NCBI RefSeq assembly: GCF_001194135.2 | Contig: NC_068995.1 | Span: 24,415,423-24,448,263, forward strand | Length of the DNA: 32,841 nucleotides | Source: Octopus bimaculoides | Lineage: Eukaryota | Reading direction: 5' to 3' | Part shown: one piece after another, positions 11,472 through 20,971 of the stretch | How positions within the stretch are numbered: position 1 is the stretch's first letter | Layout: the number at the start of each line of letters is the position of its first letter | Translations under genes and position numbers: made by a program | The notes under the pieces: model-generated | The model's input: the letters and a program-made list of their open reading frames with translations, nothing else | What the model was told of the DNA's origin: nothing | Databases searched by the model: none

Positions 11472-11700
11472 TGTCAGTGTTTCTTATCGTAACAACCCTC
11501 TTGTGCGGCTCAAAGTCATGGGTCATCTATGAGCATCACCTAAGGCTCCTTGAGCGATTCTGTCAGCGCTGCCTTCACATCATTCACGGCTTCCGCTGAA
11601 GTGAATTTGTCGCTATCGGCGAGGTCCTTAAGAAGGTCACCAACATCAAAGCAACTCCACTGAAAACACAGCTACGCATGACCTTCACTCGCGAAGCCAA
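11472..11700 (+). mobile_element. RTE-clade LINE fragment with 3' end
   Basis: IVTTLLCGSKSWVIYEHHLRLLERFCQRCLHII...EVLKK...LKTQLR matches the RTE LLYGSESW...LERFHQRCLR...QLRW motif, followed by a 3'-end-like CCTTCACTCGCGAAGCCAA. Confidence 0.85.
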
Positions 11701-11807
11701 ACATACATACGAACACACATATATATATAAATTTTGCATATATGTATAATGCAAGCATATATGTATGCATGTATGTATGTATGTATGTAAGCCATTACAT
11801 CATATGG

Positions 11808-12020
11808 CTTGAGTTTTGGCACAAATTCAGCAGTTTTTGAGGTGGGGGTGAAGTCGATTACATTGACCCCAGTACTTGACTGGTAAATATTTTATCGACC
11901 TCGAAAGAATGAAAGGGAAATTCTACTTCAGCGAAATTTGAACTCAGAACTTAAAGAAGGACAAAATGCCGCTAAGCATTTTGTTCGGCGTACTAGCAAT
12001 TCTGCCAGCTCGCCGCCTTA
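11808..12020 (-). mobile_element. tRNA-derived SINE, family B, near full length
   Basis: Reverse complement begins TAAGGCGGCGAGCTGGCAGAATTG (A-box-like) with GAGTTCAAATTTC (B-box-like). Homologous to 19794-19990 and 31585-32795. Confidence 0.9.
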
Positions 12021-12676
12021 TGCCTTTACATTTATGAAAAATATATTTCTGTCACTACTACGGGCTGCACATGCGCAGTAGCTGAACAAAATGTGCAGTG
12101 ACTGCTCGAAACCAGAATAGACAGAGCATGTACAGATGCAATCTCAGGTCTATTTCCCAGTCTTTTCTTCAATGAATTTTTATCATTTACCTGCGAAGTA
12201 AGTATGGCTATATATATATATATATATTTATATGTATGTATGTATGTATGTATGTATACATATATATATACATATATATATAATATATACACACAGTTTT
12301 GACACATGCGTATGTGTGTGCGTCTGTATATGCATGTTTATGTGTATGTGTGTGATATACACACAATTTTGACATATGCGTGCGCGCGTGTGTGCGTGTG
12401 CGTGTGTGTGTGCGCGTGCGCGCGTGTACGTTTCACACATATATGATTGTGTATGTATCAACATGTCTGTCGAAACCGACTAGACAACGCATTATGCAGA
12501 AACCAAAATATGACTGATGTCTGTTTACAGGCTTCTTACAGTGACATTGGATTTTATATATGGTGATTAATCGGTGAATGCATTCTAATAACCGAGTTTA
12601 CTTTGTCGTTTTTTTTTTTTTTAGCTTTCTATAAACTGACACCCATAGACAATATAGCACAACACACGTACGCGTG

Positions 12677-12733
<57 letters not shown>

Positions 12734-12851
12734 ACGAACAACATGGCATAATCACGATTGGTAGAGCTTTCCTCATATGTCTGCTCCACAACAGCTTACC
12801 TGGAGCTAAACCACAAGAATACTTACACGGAAAGACAAACAACGGTGACTG

Positions 12852-13065
12852 CTTGTTTATGTCACTAGCGGGGAGATAAATCCCCACCATCTCTAGCGCC
12901 GTTACCCCCAGATCACGTGATTTCGACCTTCCTTGGTTTCGTCAATGATGGACACTCGACAGCAATGACTCATCTCCCCGCCAGCAATATATAGAGAAAC
13001 AGTGTCAGGGGGTCACGGCACTGGAGATGGCGGGGATTTATCTCCCCGCTAGTGACATAAACAAG
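12852..13065. repeat. Foldback element, 58-bp inverted arms and 98-bp spacer
   Basis: 12852-12909 versus the reverse complement of 13008-13065: outer 34 bp identical, 4 mismatches overall. Confidence 0.95.
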
Positions 13066-13489
13066 TGTGCACCAAAAGCCAATATGAGAGGTTCTCTCAT
13101 GTATCTGATGCAGTATAGGTTGTTCTAACAGAAAAGATCCACATTTAAGTGGGGATGAATATTACCTCACCGTCTTATATATGCTTGCATGGTAGACACA
13201 TCTGCTACAGGTAACGGTCATATCCTCCTCAATTTCCAACATACAGCGGGTTCCCGACAGATATGAAGAACATGGGATAGTCACAACTAGAACACTTTCA
13301 TCATATATCTGCTGCATTATTACATCCTCGGATTAAACTACATGAATTCACAGCAAAATCACACATGCGCAAGAAAAAACACGTACAAATACAACACTAC
13401 TCACCCACACAATAAAATCCCATATATGATTCTAGCTTTCTTGTCTACCTGTCGGCGCTTACTCTTTCTTTCCCGCTCTTTCTCTCTCG

Positions 13490-13523
13490 CTCTCTCTCCC
13501 TTTCTCTCGCTCTGTCTCGCTCG

Positions 13524-13586
<63 letters not shown>

Positions 13587-13770
13587 TCACACACACACAC
13601 ATATACACTTTGTTTTCGTTTCCTTTTTCTTTCTATCTCTCCCTACCAAGATGACATACATGTGTGTGTGGGTGTGTATGTGTCTGTCGCCGTGTGTGCT
13701 AGTGCGTGTGCGTGTGTGTCTATCTATATGTGTGTGTGTGTGTGTGTGTGTTTGTGTGTGTGCGTATACA
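13490..13770. repeat. Compound (CT)n / (CA)n / (TG)n microsatellite region
   Basis: Read directly from the sequence. Confidence 0.9.
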
Positions 13771-15030
13771 TAGGGTGTAAGGGGTATTTGAGGACAATTA
13801 ATTACCTGTGATTTACTCTCTTCAGACTAATTAAAAGATTTTGTTGTTCTTTTGTTTGTTTGTTTTTTCTGATCCTATATGACAGATAAAATGCTAAGAC
13901 AATAAATGAAAAGACATGCAGTCATTGTTGCCATACATGCGAGAAAGAGCTATTTAGAAATTGCCTACATTTTAACTGTTGCACGATCTTTTGTACACAA
14001 AGTTCTGATGGAATTTAAAGCTTCTGGCGAGAATGCTTCAACTGTACTAAAAAAGAAAAAAAGGAAAAAACACTCTAAGCGTTCGAACACGATAAAGATA
14101 CCGTAATTATTCCAGCGGATTCAAAACATTATAAATGATGATCTCAGAAAATCAATGAAGGCCATCGCCAATAACTTCAAGTGTCGAAGTAGGCTATCAG
14201 GGCTTTGATGCATGAGGACATTCAATACAAGTCGTATGTACTAAGAAGTATCCAATTCATGTCTACAAAGACACAGGAGAACAATTTGATCTGTGCCCAG
14301 CGGTTACTTAACAAGATAATGAACATGGTATGCGTTCGTTCTTTGATGAGGAAAGCTTCGACCGAGACCAAAAGTCTGACAGAAGAAATAACAGGCAATT
14401 ATCTGCTGATATTTTTGATGTCCTAAGAGTTATTCATACTAAGTTTCCAGCAACTGTGAGGGTTTTGGGGAGTGTGGGTAACAAAGTTCGTGCCATGCAA
14501 CCTCACATCTTTCCACAGAGTCTCGGAATTAATGTTATTGTATATGTTGAGGTCTAGGGGCAATTGTTAAATCCTGGATAGATGAAGTACGCAATGGAAG
14601 GCTATACTGCATAGCCCAAGAATGGATGTCCAACAATCTTCACGATCATATAACACTGAACTTGTGGCCTCTAAACTCACTACATTGAAATTCCATGGGT
14701 TATTACGCTTAGAGAGTTGTTGAAAGAGAAATTAATGGACATCCTCACAATACTATAGCGTCACTATACAAAGGCAGTCACTGTGATGTCCGAAATTAAT
14801 AATGACCACTTAGTGCAGGCATGTCAAAGATTTCGATCCTGCATTAAAGCAATCATCGAAGCTGAAAGCGGATTCATAGACTAATCTTATAAAAAAAAAA
14901 GGAAAAAGAAGCTTATGAAGAGGAAACGTACAACATTTTTATTAACATACATTTGGTCTCTTTCTTTTTTTTTCTTAGCTAGTTTAAAGATGTTTTATTA
15001 AATATGTCCTCTAATACCTCTTGCAACTTG
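13771..15030 (+). mobile_element. Near full-length decayed maT/DD37D-like Tc1/mariner transposon
   Basis: TIRs 13771-13796 and 15005-15030 (20/26 match), TA after the right end. Broken ORF from 13906 (MKRHAVIVAI...) through FFDEESFDRDQK...HTKFPATVRVLG...QEWMSNNLHDHIT.NLWP to CQRFRSCIKAIIEAESGFID* (about 14884). Multiple stops and frameshifts; the QQDSAP region with the second catalytic Asp is deleted. Confidence 0.92.
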
Positions 15031-15054
15031 TAAATGCATACATACAAACATAGA

Positions 15055-15243
15055 CAGACAAGCAGGCAGGCAGGCAGGCAGGCAGACAGATTGACAAATA
15101 GATAGATAGATAGATAGATAGATAGATCAGAGAAATAGATTCATTTATTAATCACTATACATAAAATGCAATGTTACTGTATTTAATATAACTTGAATAC
15201 GTTATCTTTCAGATAAGGTGTACGCGTTGGCATAGATACATAC

Positions 15244-15327
<84 letters not shown>

Positions 15328-15500
15328 ATACATAAATACATACATGTTGAATTTCCAATGAAGGAGCCTTGGATCTATGTTAGAAGCTGGCTCTTTCTCT
15401 ATTGGCAAGAAATCTTGAAATAAAATTGAACAATGACATACATACATACATACATACATACATACATACATACATACATACATACATACATGTGTGTGTA
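15055..15500. repeat. Compound (CAGG)n, (GATA)n, (TG)n, (CATA)n microsatellites
   Basis: Read directly from the sequence. Confidence 0.9.
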
Positions 15501-16021
15501 TACATATATATATATATATGTATGAACTTTTATGTATGTGTTTAGATGTGTGCATGTATCTGTGTGTGTATTCTTATGTGCGTAAATGCGTGTGTCCTCA
15601 TAAATACACAAATAATCTTTATTCCTTCATGTATGAAAGTAAAATTCGCCGGATACATTTATAGATTTTTATGCCGAGCTACTTTAAATATTTATCTCCT
15701 CGGATTTGCTGAGAAGATGCCATCTACTGATAGGAGCGCTTTACTAGTGTAATTTTAAATTTAATTACAATCTCACTTTTATACATTAATAGGCTTCTTT
15801 TTTTTCTTGCTCATTCTTTTACTTTTCTCTCATCTAATTTTATTCAGATCAAATATTTTTTAAAGGTCAACCGTACGTTTCTGTTTAGTGTCTCTTTATC
15901 TAATTCTAGGTGTATTTATATAGTATTTGTGTGTACGCGCGTGTTTGTGTGTGTGTGTAACTATGCACATGTGTGTGAATGCTCGCGCGTGTATGTCTGT
16001 GTACATACAAATATATATGTA

Positions 16022-16094
<73 letters not shown>

Positions 16095-16263
16095 GCATGT
16101 ATGATGTAAATGTGCATATGTGTGTGTGCTTATGTAAATGGGTATATGAATTTACATACATACGTAGATACAGACACCTATACACATGTATGAGTGCGTG
16201 TGTCTGTGCGCGCGCGTATATGTGCGTGTATATATGCGCGCGCGCGTCTGTGTGTTTGTGTAA

Positions 16264-16432
16264 AGGCACGTGACTCAGTGGTTAGGGTGTTGCACTCACG
16301 ATCGCAATGTCGCTTTTTCGATTCGTGAAACGGGTGATGCGTTGTGTTCTTGTGTAGAATACTCCATTCCACATATCTGCAGTTCACTCAGCTTAGTAAC
16401 TCTGCGATGGAGTGGCACCTCGTTCTAGGTCG
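16264..16432 (+). mobile_element. tRNA-derived SINE, family C, decayed
   Basis: A-box-like TGACTCAGTGG (16271-16281) and degenerate B-box TTTCGATTCG about 45 bp downstream, followed by a SINE-like body; no tRNA 3' stem. Confidence 0.65.
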
Positions 16433-16747
16433 GTTATACGCCATGGAAACAAAGTAACAAGCCCCATATATTTGCGTATGTATGTACGTACGTATATTAT
16501 ATATATGTATATTATATATATAATCCAAGTAAGAAGACAAAGGGAAACCTTTAACACATCATTAATAATCAGCTACAATTGTTTCTGTGCCTACTCTGCT
16601 TTCAAAGCCGATTCACCCAAAAGTTCAAGGTGGAAGTTTACGTAATATTTACGGTGGCACTTCCTCAGACAGTATAAAGGTGCACTCTTACCTTGTGCGA
16701 CTGCCAGATTTTGCGTTTTCTTTATATCGGGTGGAAACAAAGTCATT

Positions 16748-16845
16748 TGGAGTCGATTCATTCGACTAAAAAGAGAATTGAAGGCGGAACCCCAGCATGG
16801 CCGCAGTCTAATGACTGAAACAAGTGAAAGATGAAAGTTAAAAGA
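16748..16845 (+). mobile_element. SINE family A, 3' fragment
   Basis: TTCGACTAAAA...AAGGCGG...CCAGCATGGCCGCAGTCTAATGACTGAAACAAG matches 22575-22640. Confidence 0.85.
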
Positions 16846-16879
16846 TAGATGTGTGTGTGTGCGTGCGTATGTGTATATA

Positions 16880-17136
16880 TGGGAGAATATACGAAAAAAC
16901 AACAACAGACGAGGACAGGTGGTGCAAATAACAAAAGGATGTATTAGTATGACGCTCGGGAATACGGAAAGTCTTTGACGTTTCGAGCTACGCTCTTCAA
17001 CAGAAAGAATACGGAGACAAGGAGAAAAACACGGAGAAAAAAAATTGAATAGTGTTCAGTCAACGGTCAATCATAATAATGGCTGATCATAACAATGACT
17101 GACCGGAAGTTAGAAATTCTTTTTTCAGGAGAGCTA
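16880..17136 (-). mobile_element. Penelope-like element terminal region, runs into gap
   Basis: Carries the CTG..GAAG...CGAAACGTC terminal/hammerhead signature typical of PLE terminal repeats, followed on the minus strand by a T-rich tail. No ORF visible. Confidence 0.6.
16972..17008 (-). ncRNA. Minimal type I hammerhead-ribozyme-like motif (A6U variant core)
   Basis: Minus strand TCTTT-CTGTTGA-A-GAGC-GTA-GCTC-GAAA-CGT-C-AAAGA: stem I 5 bp, stem II 4 bp, loopless palindromic stem III (ACGT), GUC cleavage triplet. Confidence 0.65.
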
Positions 17137-17657
17137 NNNNNNNNNNNNNNNNNNNNNNNNNNNNNNNNNNNNNNNNNNNNNNNNNNNNNNNNNNNNNNNN
17201 NNNNNNNNNNNNNNNNNNNNNNNNNNNNNNNNNNNNNNNNNNNNNNNNNNNNNNNNNNNNNNNNNNNNNNNNNNNNNNNNNNNNNNNNNNNNNNNNNNNN
17301 NNNNNNNNNNNNNNNNNNNNNNNNNNNNNNNNNNNNNNNNNNNNNNNNNNNNNNNNNNNNNNNNNNNNNNNNNNNNNNNNNNNNNNNNNNNNNNNNNNNN
17401 NNNNNNNNNNNNNNNNNNNNNNNNNNNNNNNNNNNNNNNNNNNNNNNNNNNNNNNNNNNNNNNNNNNNNNNNNNNNNNNNNNNNNNNNNNNNNNNNNNNN
17501 NNNNNNNNNNNNNNNNNNNNNNNNNNNNNNNNNNNNNNNNNNNNNNNNNNNNNNNNNNNNNNNNNNNNNNNNNNNNNNNNNNNNNNNNNNNNNNNNNNNN
17601 NNNNNNNNNNNNNNNNNNNNNNNNNNNNNNNNNNNNNNNNNNNNNNNNNNNNNNNNN
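17137..17657. other. Assembly gap
   Basis: 521 N. Confidence 1.
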
Positions 17658-17962
17658 GTACTTATTGTAACGTTCTCTTTTGCCGAACTGCTAAGTTACA
17701 GGGACGTAAACACACCAACACCGGTTGTCAAGAGGGTGAAGGGGGACAAGCACAGATACAGAGACACACACATTCTCTCTCACACACACACACACACACA
17801 CGGGTTTCTTTCAGTTTCCATCTACCAAATCCACTCTCAAGTCTTTGGTTGGCCTGAGACTATAGTAGAAGACACTTGCCCAAGATGCTACGCGGTAGTA
17901 CTCAATCTGGGACCATATGGTTGGGAAGCAAGCTTCTTACCACACAACCACGCTGGCGCCTA
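17658..17962 (-). mobile_element. tRNA-derived SINE, family A, with internal (CA)n
   Basis: Reverse complement aligns to 22281-22560 (GTGGTAAGAAGCTTGCTTCCCAACCA, GGCAAGTGTCTTCTACTATAG, GACAACCGGTGTTGGTGTGTTTACGT). Confidence 0.92.
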
Positions 17963-18154
17963 CCACACCGCTACGCCTGAGCTGGCCAAAAGTTCAGTTT
18001 TTTGTAAGCACTACAAGCATTGTAACTAACTGCAGTCTGGGCCTAGCACATGCGCATTCGTTGGATACTTGATACTACAATGTAGTTCGATGCAAGCTTG
18101 CGACGAGACAGGTTATATTTTGTGCACTTGAGATCACCTTGAAAACGGAGAACC

Positions 18155-18332
18155 AAAATGAACAGGGATTACCTCTCTTGCGGCTGTTCTTTAAGGTACA
18201 GCGTGCAGATACTCCAATGTTCGTTTTCTTGGAGTCAGACATAGAGGTCAATAATTCTCTTATATTCTTATTCCGTCTAAAGGTTACAATAGACCGCTGA
18301 GGAAATATCAACATGAGTGAAGTGAATTCCAT
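18155..18332 (-). mobile_element. Penelope-like ORF linker region, inverted relative to the adjacent GIY-YIG segment
   Basis: Minus strand LMLIFPQRSIVTFRRNKNIRELL...ARCTLKNSRKRGNPC matches the F...P.+AFRR.KNL.D+L motif that precedes the GIY-YIG domain in PLE proteins. Confidence 0.75.
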
Positions 18333-18960
18333 CAGAAATCATAACAGAAATGTTATGATTTATACAGAAGGTGGAACATGTAAAGATACCCATTTGGTGT
18401 ACGCTGCAGAATGCACGAAACACAACTTAATTTATGTTGGTTGAGCAACAGAACAATTAAACAAAAGGTTTAATGGGCACAGATTCGACGTCAGGTACAA
18501 GAACAGTAGTTCAACAGAACTTGCTGAACATTTCGTTTCAAGTGGCTGCAATTTTGAAGACTTGAAAGTGCATATTCTCAGAAAATATTCTGAATCTACC
18601 CCTCTTTCACTTCTCAGAATATATGAGGAGAAATATGTTTACGAGTTATTACCATGATGCCCTGGAGGAATGAATAAGATGACAGGAGAATATCATCAAA
18701 TTTATACAAAACTGTTTGATTAAATATTCTTTTTTCTCTCTTTTTCTTTCTTTTTTTTCTGTCTTTTTCATTTCGCCTGTTATAAAATTGTAACTTAAAA
18801 ACTGATGATGTCATTCCAAAAACGTGTGGACGCTGGTTGCTCTCGTTCATACTTTACGTTTAAATTTCTGTGATTTTGAATTTTTATCACTTCTTATTTT
18901 GAACTTGACAAAGACAGACGAAATATCGTTCAACTAATAAAATATCTTACAATCGAATCG
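18331..18960 (+). mobile_element. Penelope-like element GIY-YIG endonuclease pseudogene plus 3' region
   Basis: IRNHNRNVMIYTEGGTCKDTHLVYAAECTKHNLIYVG*ATEQLNKRFNGHRFDV...ELAEHF...DLKVHIL...GGMNK...YTKLFD* (stop 18721-18723): VY...YVG plus R...H GIY-YIG signature, with an in-frame stop and a frameshift. Confidence 0.9.
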
Positions 18961-19016
18961 CGCTCTTCGTCTTGACTGTTTACCTTTGTGAAGAGTTACG
19001 TCAATCCTTTTTAAAA

Positions 19017-19017
<1 letters not shown>

Positions 19018-19080
<63 letters not shown>
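19018..19080. repeat. (ATT)21 microsatellite
   Basis: Read directly from the sequence. Confidence 0.95.
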
Positions 19081-19632
19081 GAGTGAGAGAGCACGGCATG
19101 CCATCAAAGTGACACTGGGTTAAATATACGAAGCCCAGTATACCCATCATGACTACCTGTCTGATAAGGGTACACCAGGCACGTGCATCACAACCATATG
19201 TGCGCAACATAGTGGTCTCATATCAAGATAAACAGCGCATGACCTTGCAGGTGGAGCCCAGTTAGAATTTTCTTCAGGTCGAGTAGCCCATCCCGCTCAA
19301 AAGGTCCTTGAATAAAGTTTGTTTGAGGATGTCGAACGAAATACTCACGTTTCCAAAGGTGAATTATTCAAACCCCAAAGAATTCCTCTCAACATATGGC
19401 TATGATGCTCCCCCACTACTTCTGCTCATGATCAGAAATGCGCATATCATCAGCCACCAAGGGACAAGCTCAACTGGTTAAGGTCAAACAACCGACAAGC
19501 AAATCTGTGGTATTGAGCAGAATATTTGCTGTAGCCCATCTTTTATACCAAGGCAAAACAATGTACATGATAACACTTCCAATCAATTAAGATCAGAAGC
19601 CATGAGAACCATTGCCTGGTACTGCATCTGGG

Positions 19633-19637
<5 letters not shown>
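19081..19637 (-). mobile_element. 557-bp non-coding interspersed element embedded in (ATT)n
   Basis: Complex sequence bounded directly on both sides by (ATT)n; no ORF or TIR. Strand is inferred from an assumed (AAT)n tail. Confidence 0.55.

Positions 19638-19727
<90 letters not shown>
19638..19727. repeat. (ATT)30 microsatellite
   Basis: Read directly from the sequence. Confidence 0.95.
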
Positions 19728-19793
19728 TTGCTCAGGTTCGGTCTTATTCAGTCTTTCAAGTGCTTAGAACCCTCCTGATAATGCTATTATTCC

Positions 19794-19990
19794 GGTGGCG
19801 AGCTGGCAGAATCTTTAGCACGCTAGACAAAATGTTTAGCGGCATTTCGACCATCTTTACGTGCTGAGTTTAAATTCCGCCGAGGATTCCTTTCGGAATC
19901 AATTGAAGAAGCACCAGCTGGGCATTGGTGTCGATGTAATCGATTTACCCCCTCCTCCGAAACTGTTGGCCTTGTGCTAAAATTTGAAGC
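19794..19990 (+). mobile_element. tRNA-derived SINE, family B
   Basis: GGTGGCGAGCTGGCAGAATC...GAGTTTAAATTCCGCCGAGG...GTCGATGTAATCGA...GGCCTTGTGCTAAAATTTGAA, homologous to 11808-12020. Confidence 0.9.
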
Positions 19991-20074
19991 TATTATTATA
20001 CACAGAATATACTCAAGTTATGAAAGTTGAAGTAATGACATACTAAACTGGTCTATGTGCAACATATTGACTAG

Positions 20075-20140
20075 ATAGATAGCTAGACGGACAGAAAAGC
20101 GGGCAAGCAGACAGACAGACTGACAGGCAGACAGACAAGC

Positions 20141-20186
<46 letters not shown>

Positions 20187-20250
20187 TCAGACAGATATAA
20201 ATATTTGATGTAGGAAGGTAGTTACGTGGTAGGTAGGTAGGTAGGTAGTA
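20075..20250. repeat. (GACA)n and (GTAG)n tetranucleotide arrays
   Basis: Read directly from the sequence. Confidence 0.9.
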
Positions 20251-20805
20251 AGTAATGAAACCGTCCGTTCTTAAATACGAAATCATCCTGAAATCTTGCT
20301 AGAAGATAAGCAAATAGCAATTAATATGGCCATGAAATGCCAACAGAGAAGGCAAATGTTTGTCTCTCTCTAAACGCAGCCGTCATTGTTTGGTTAAAAA
20401 ATATATTCAATTAAACTAAAACGCCACAAAGAAAATTTCAATATCTCTTCCAACTGGGAAATAATCAAACCAGTTTCAAGTGATTTAGTGTTAATCAATA
20501 AAACAATCTAAGGATAGCCATAGCCGTGAGAAATCCACAAACTTTTACCAATAAAAAAACATTACAGTAATCACTTACAAGTACAAGCAAAGAGAAATCA
20601 TGTCAATTGGCCTACTGTCTTTACAAGCTCTTTTTAGACAAACAGGTATACCCTAAAATTAATTAAATTAGCAAATTAGCTTTTTACTTTCGCACTAAAT
20701 GACCTAACATCTCTACGAGAAAGCTGCGGAGCCTCTACGTAGTTGCTTGCCTGCCAAAAATAGCGTTCATATCTTTTTCAAATCATAACCCATTCTCCTT
20801 ATGCT

Positions 20806-20971
20806 CAGGGCCGGCCGTAGGGTTGCTGGCGCCTCGGGCAAGCTGAACTTCGGCGTGTACAAGCTGACGGTCGTGGAAATTTCCTTGTTTTTGTCACGCT
20901 CTTCTTGGCGCCACCTAACACATGGCGCCCCAGGTGACTTCCCGAGTTGCTGGTACCTTGATCCGGCCCTG
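20806..20971. mobile_element. 166-bp GC-rich hAT-type MITE
   Basis: TIR CAGGGCCGG / CCGGCCCTG (9 bp perfect); 8-bp flanks CTTATGCT and CTTACGTT (6/8), consistent with a hAT 8-bp TSD. Confidence 0.85.

Noticed and set aside
11940-12020. tRNA genes at SINE heads (also 16264, 19794, 22281)
   Set aside because: A/B-box-like motifs are present, but there is no complete cloverleaf and each continues into a shared SINE body.
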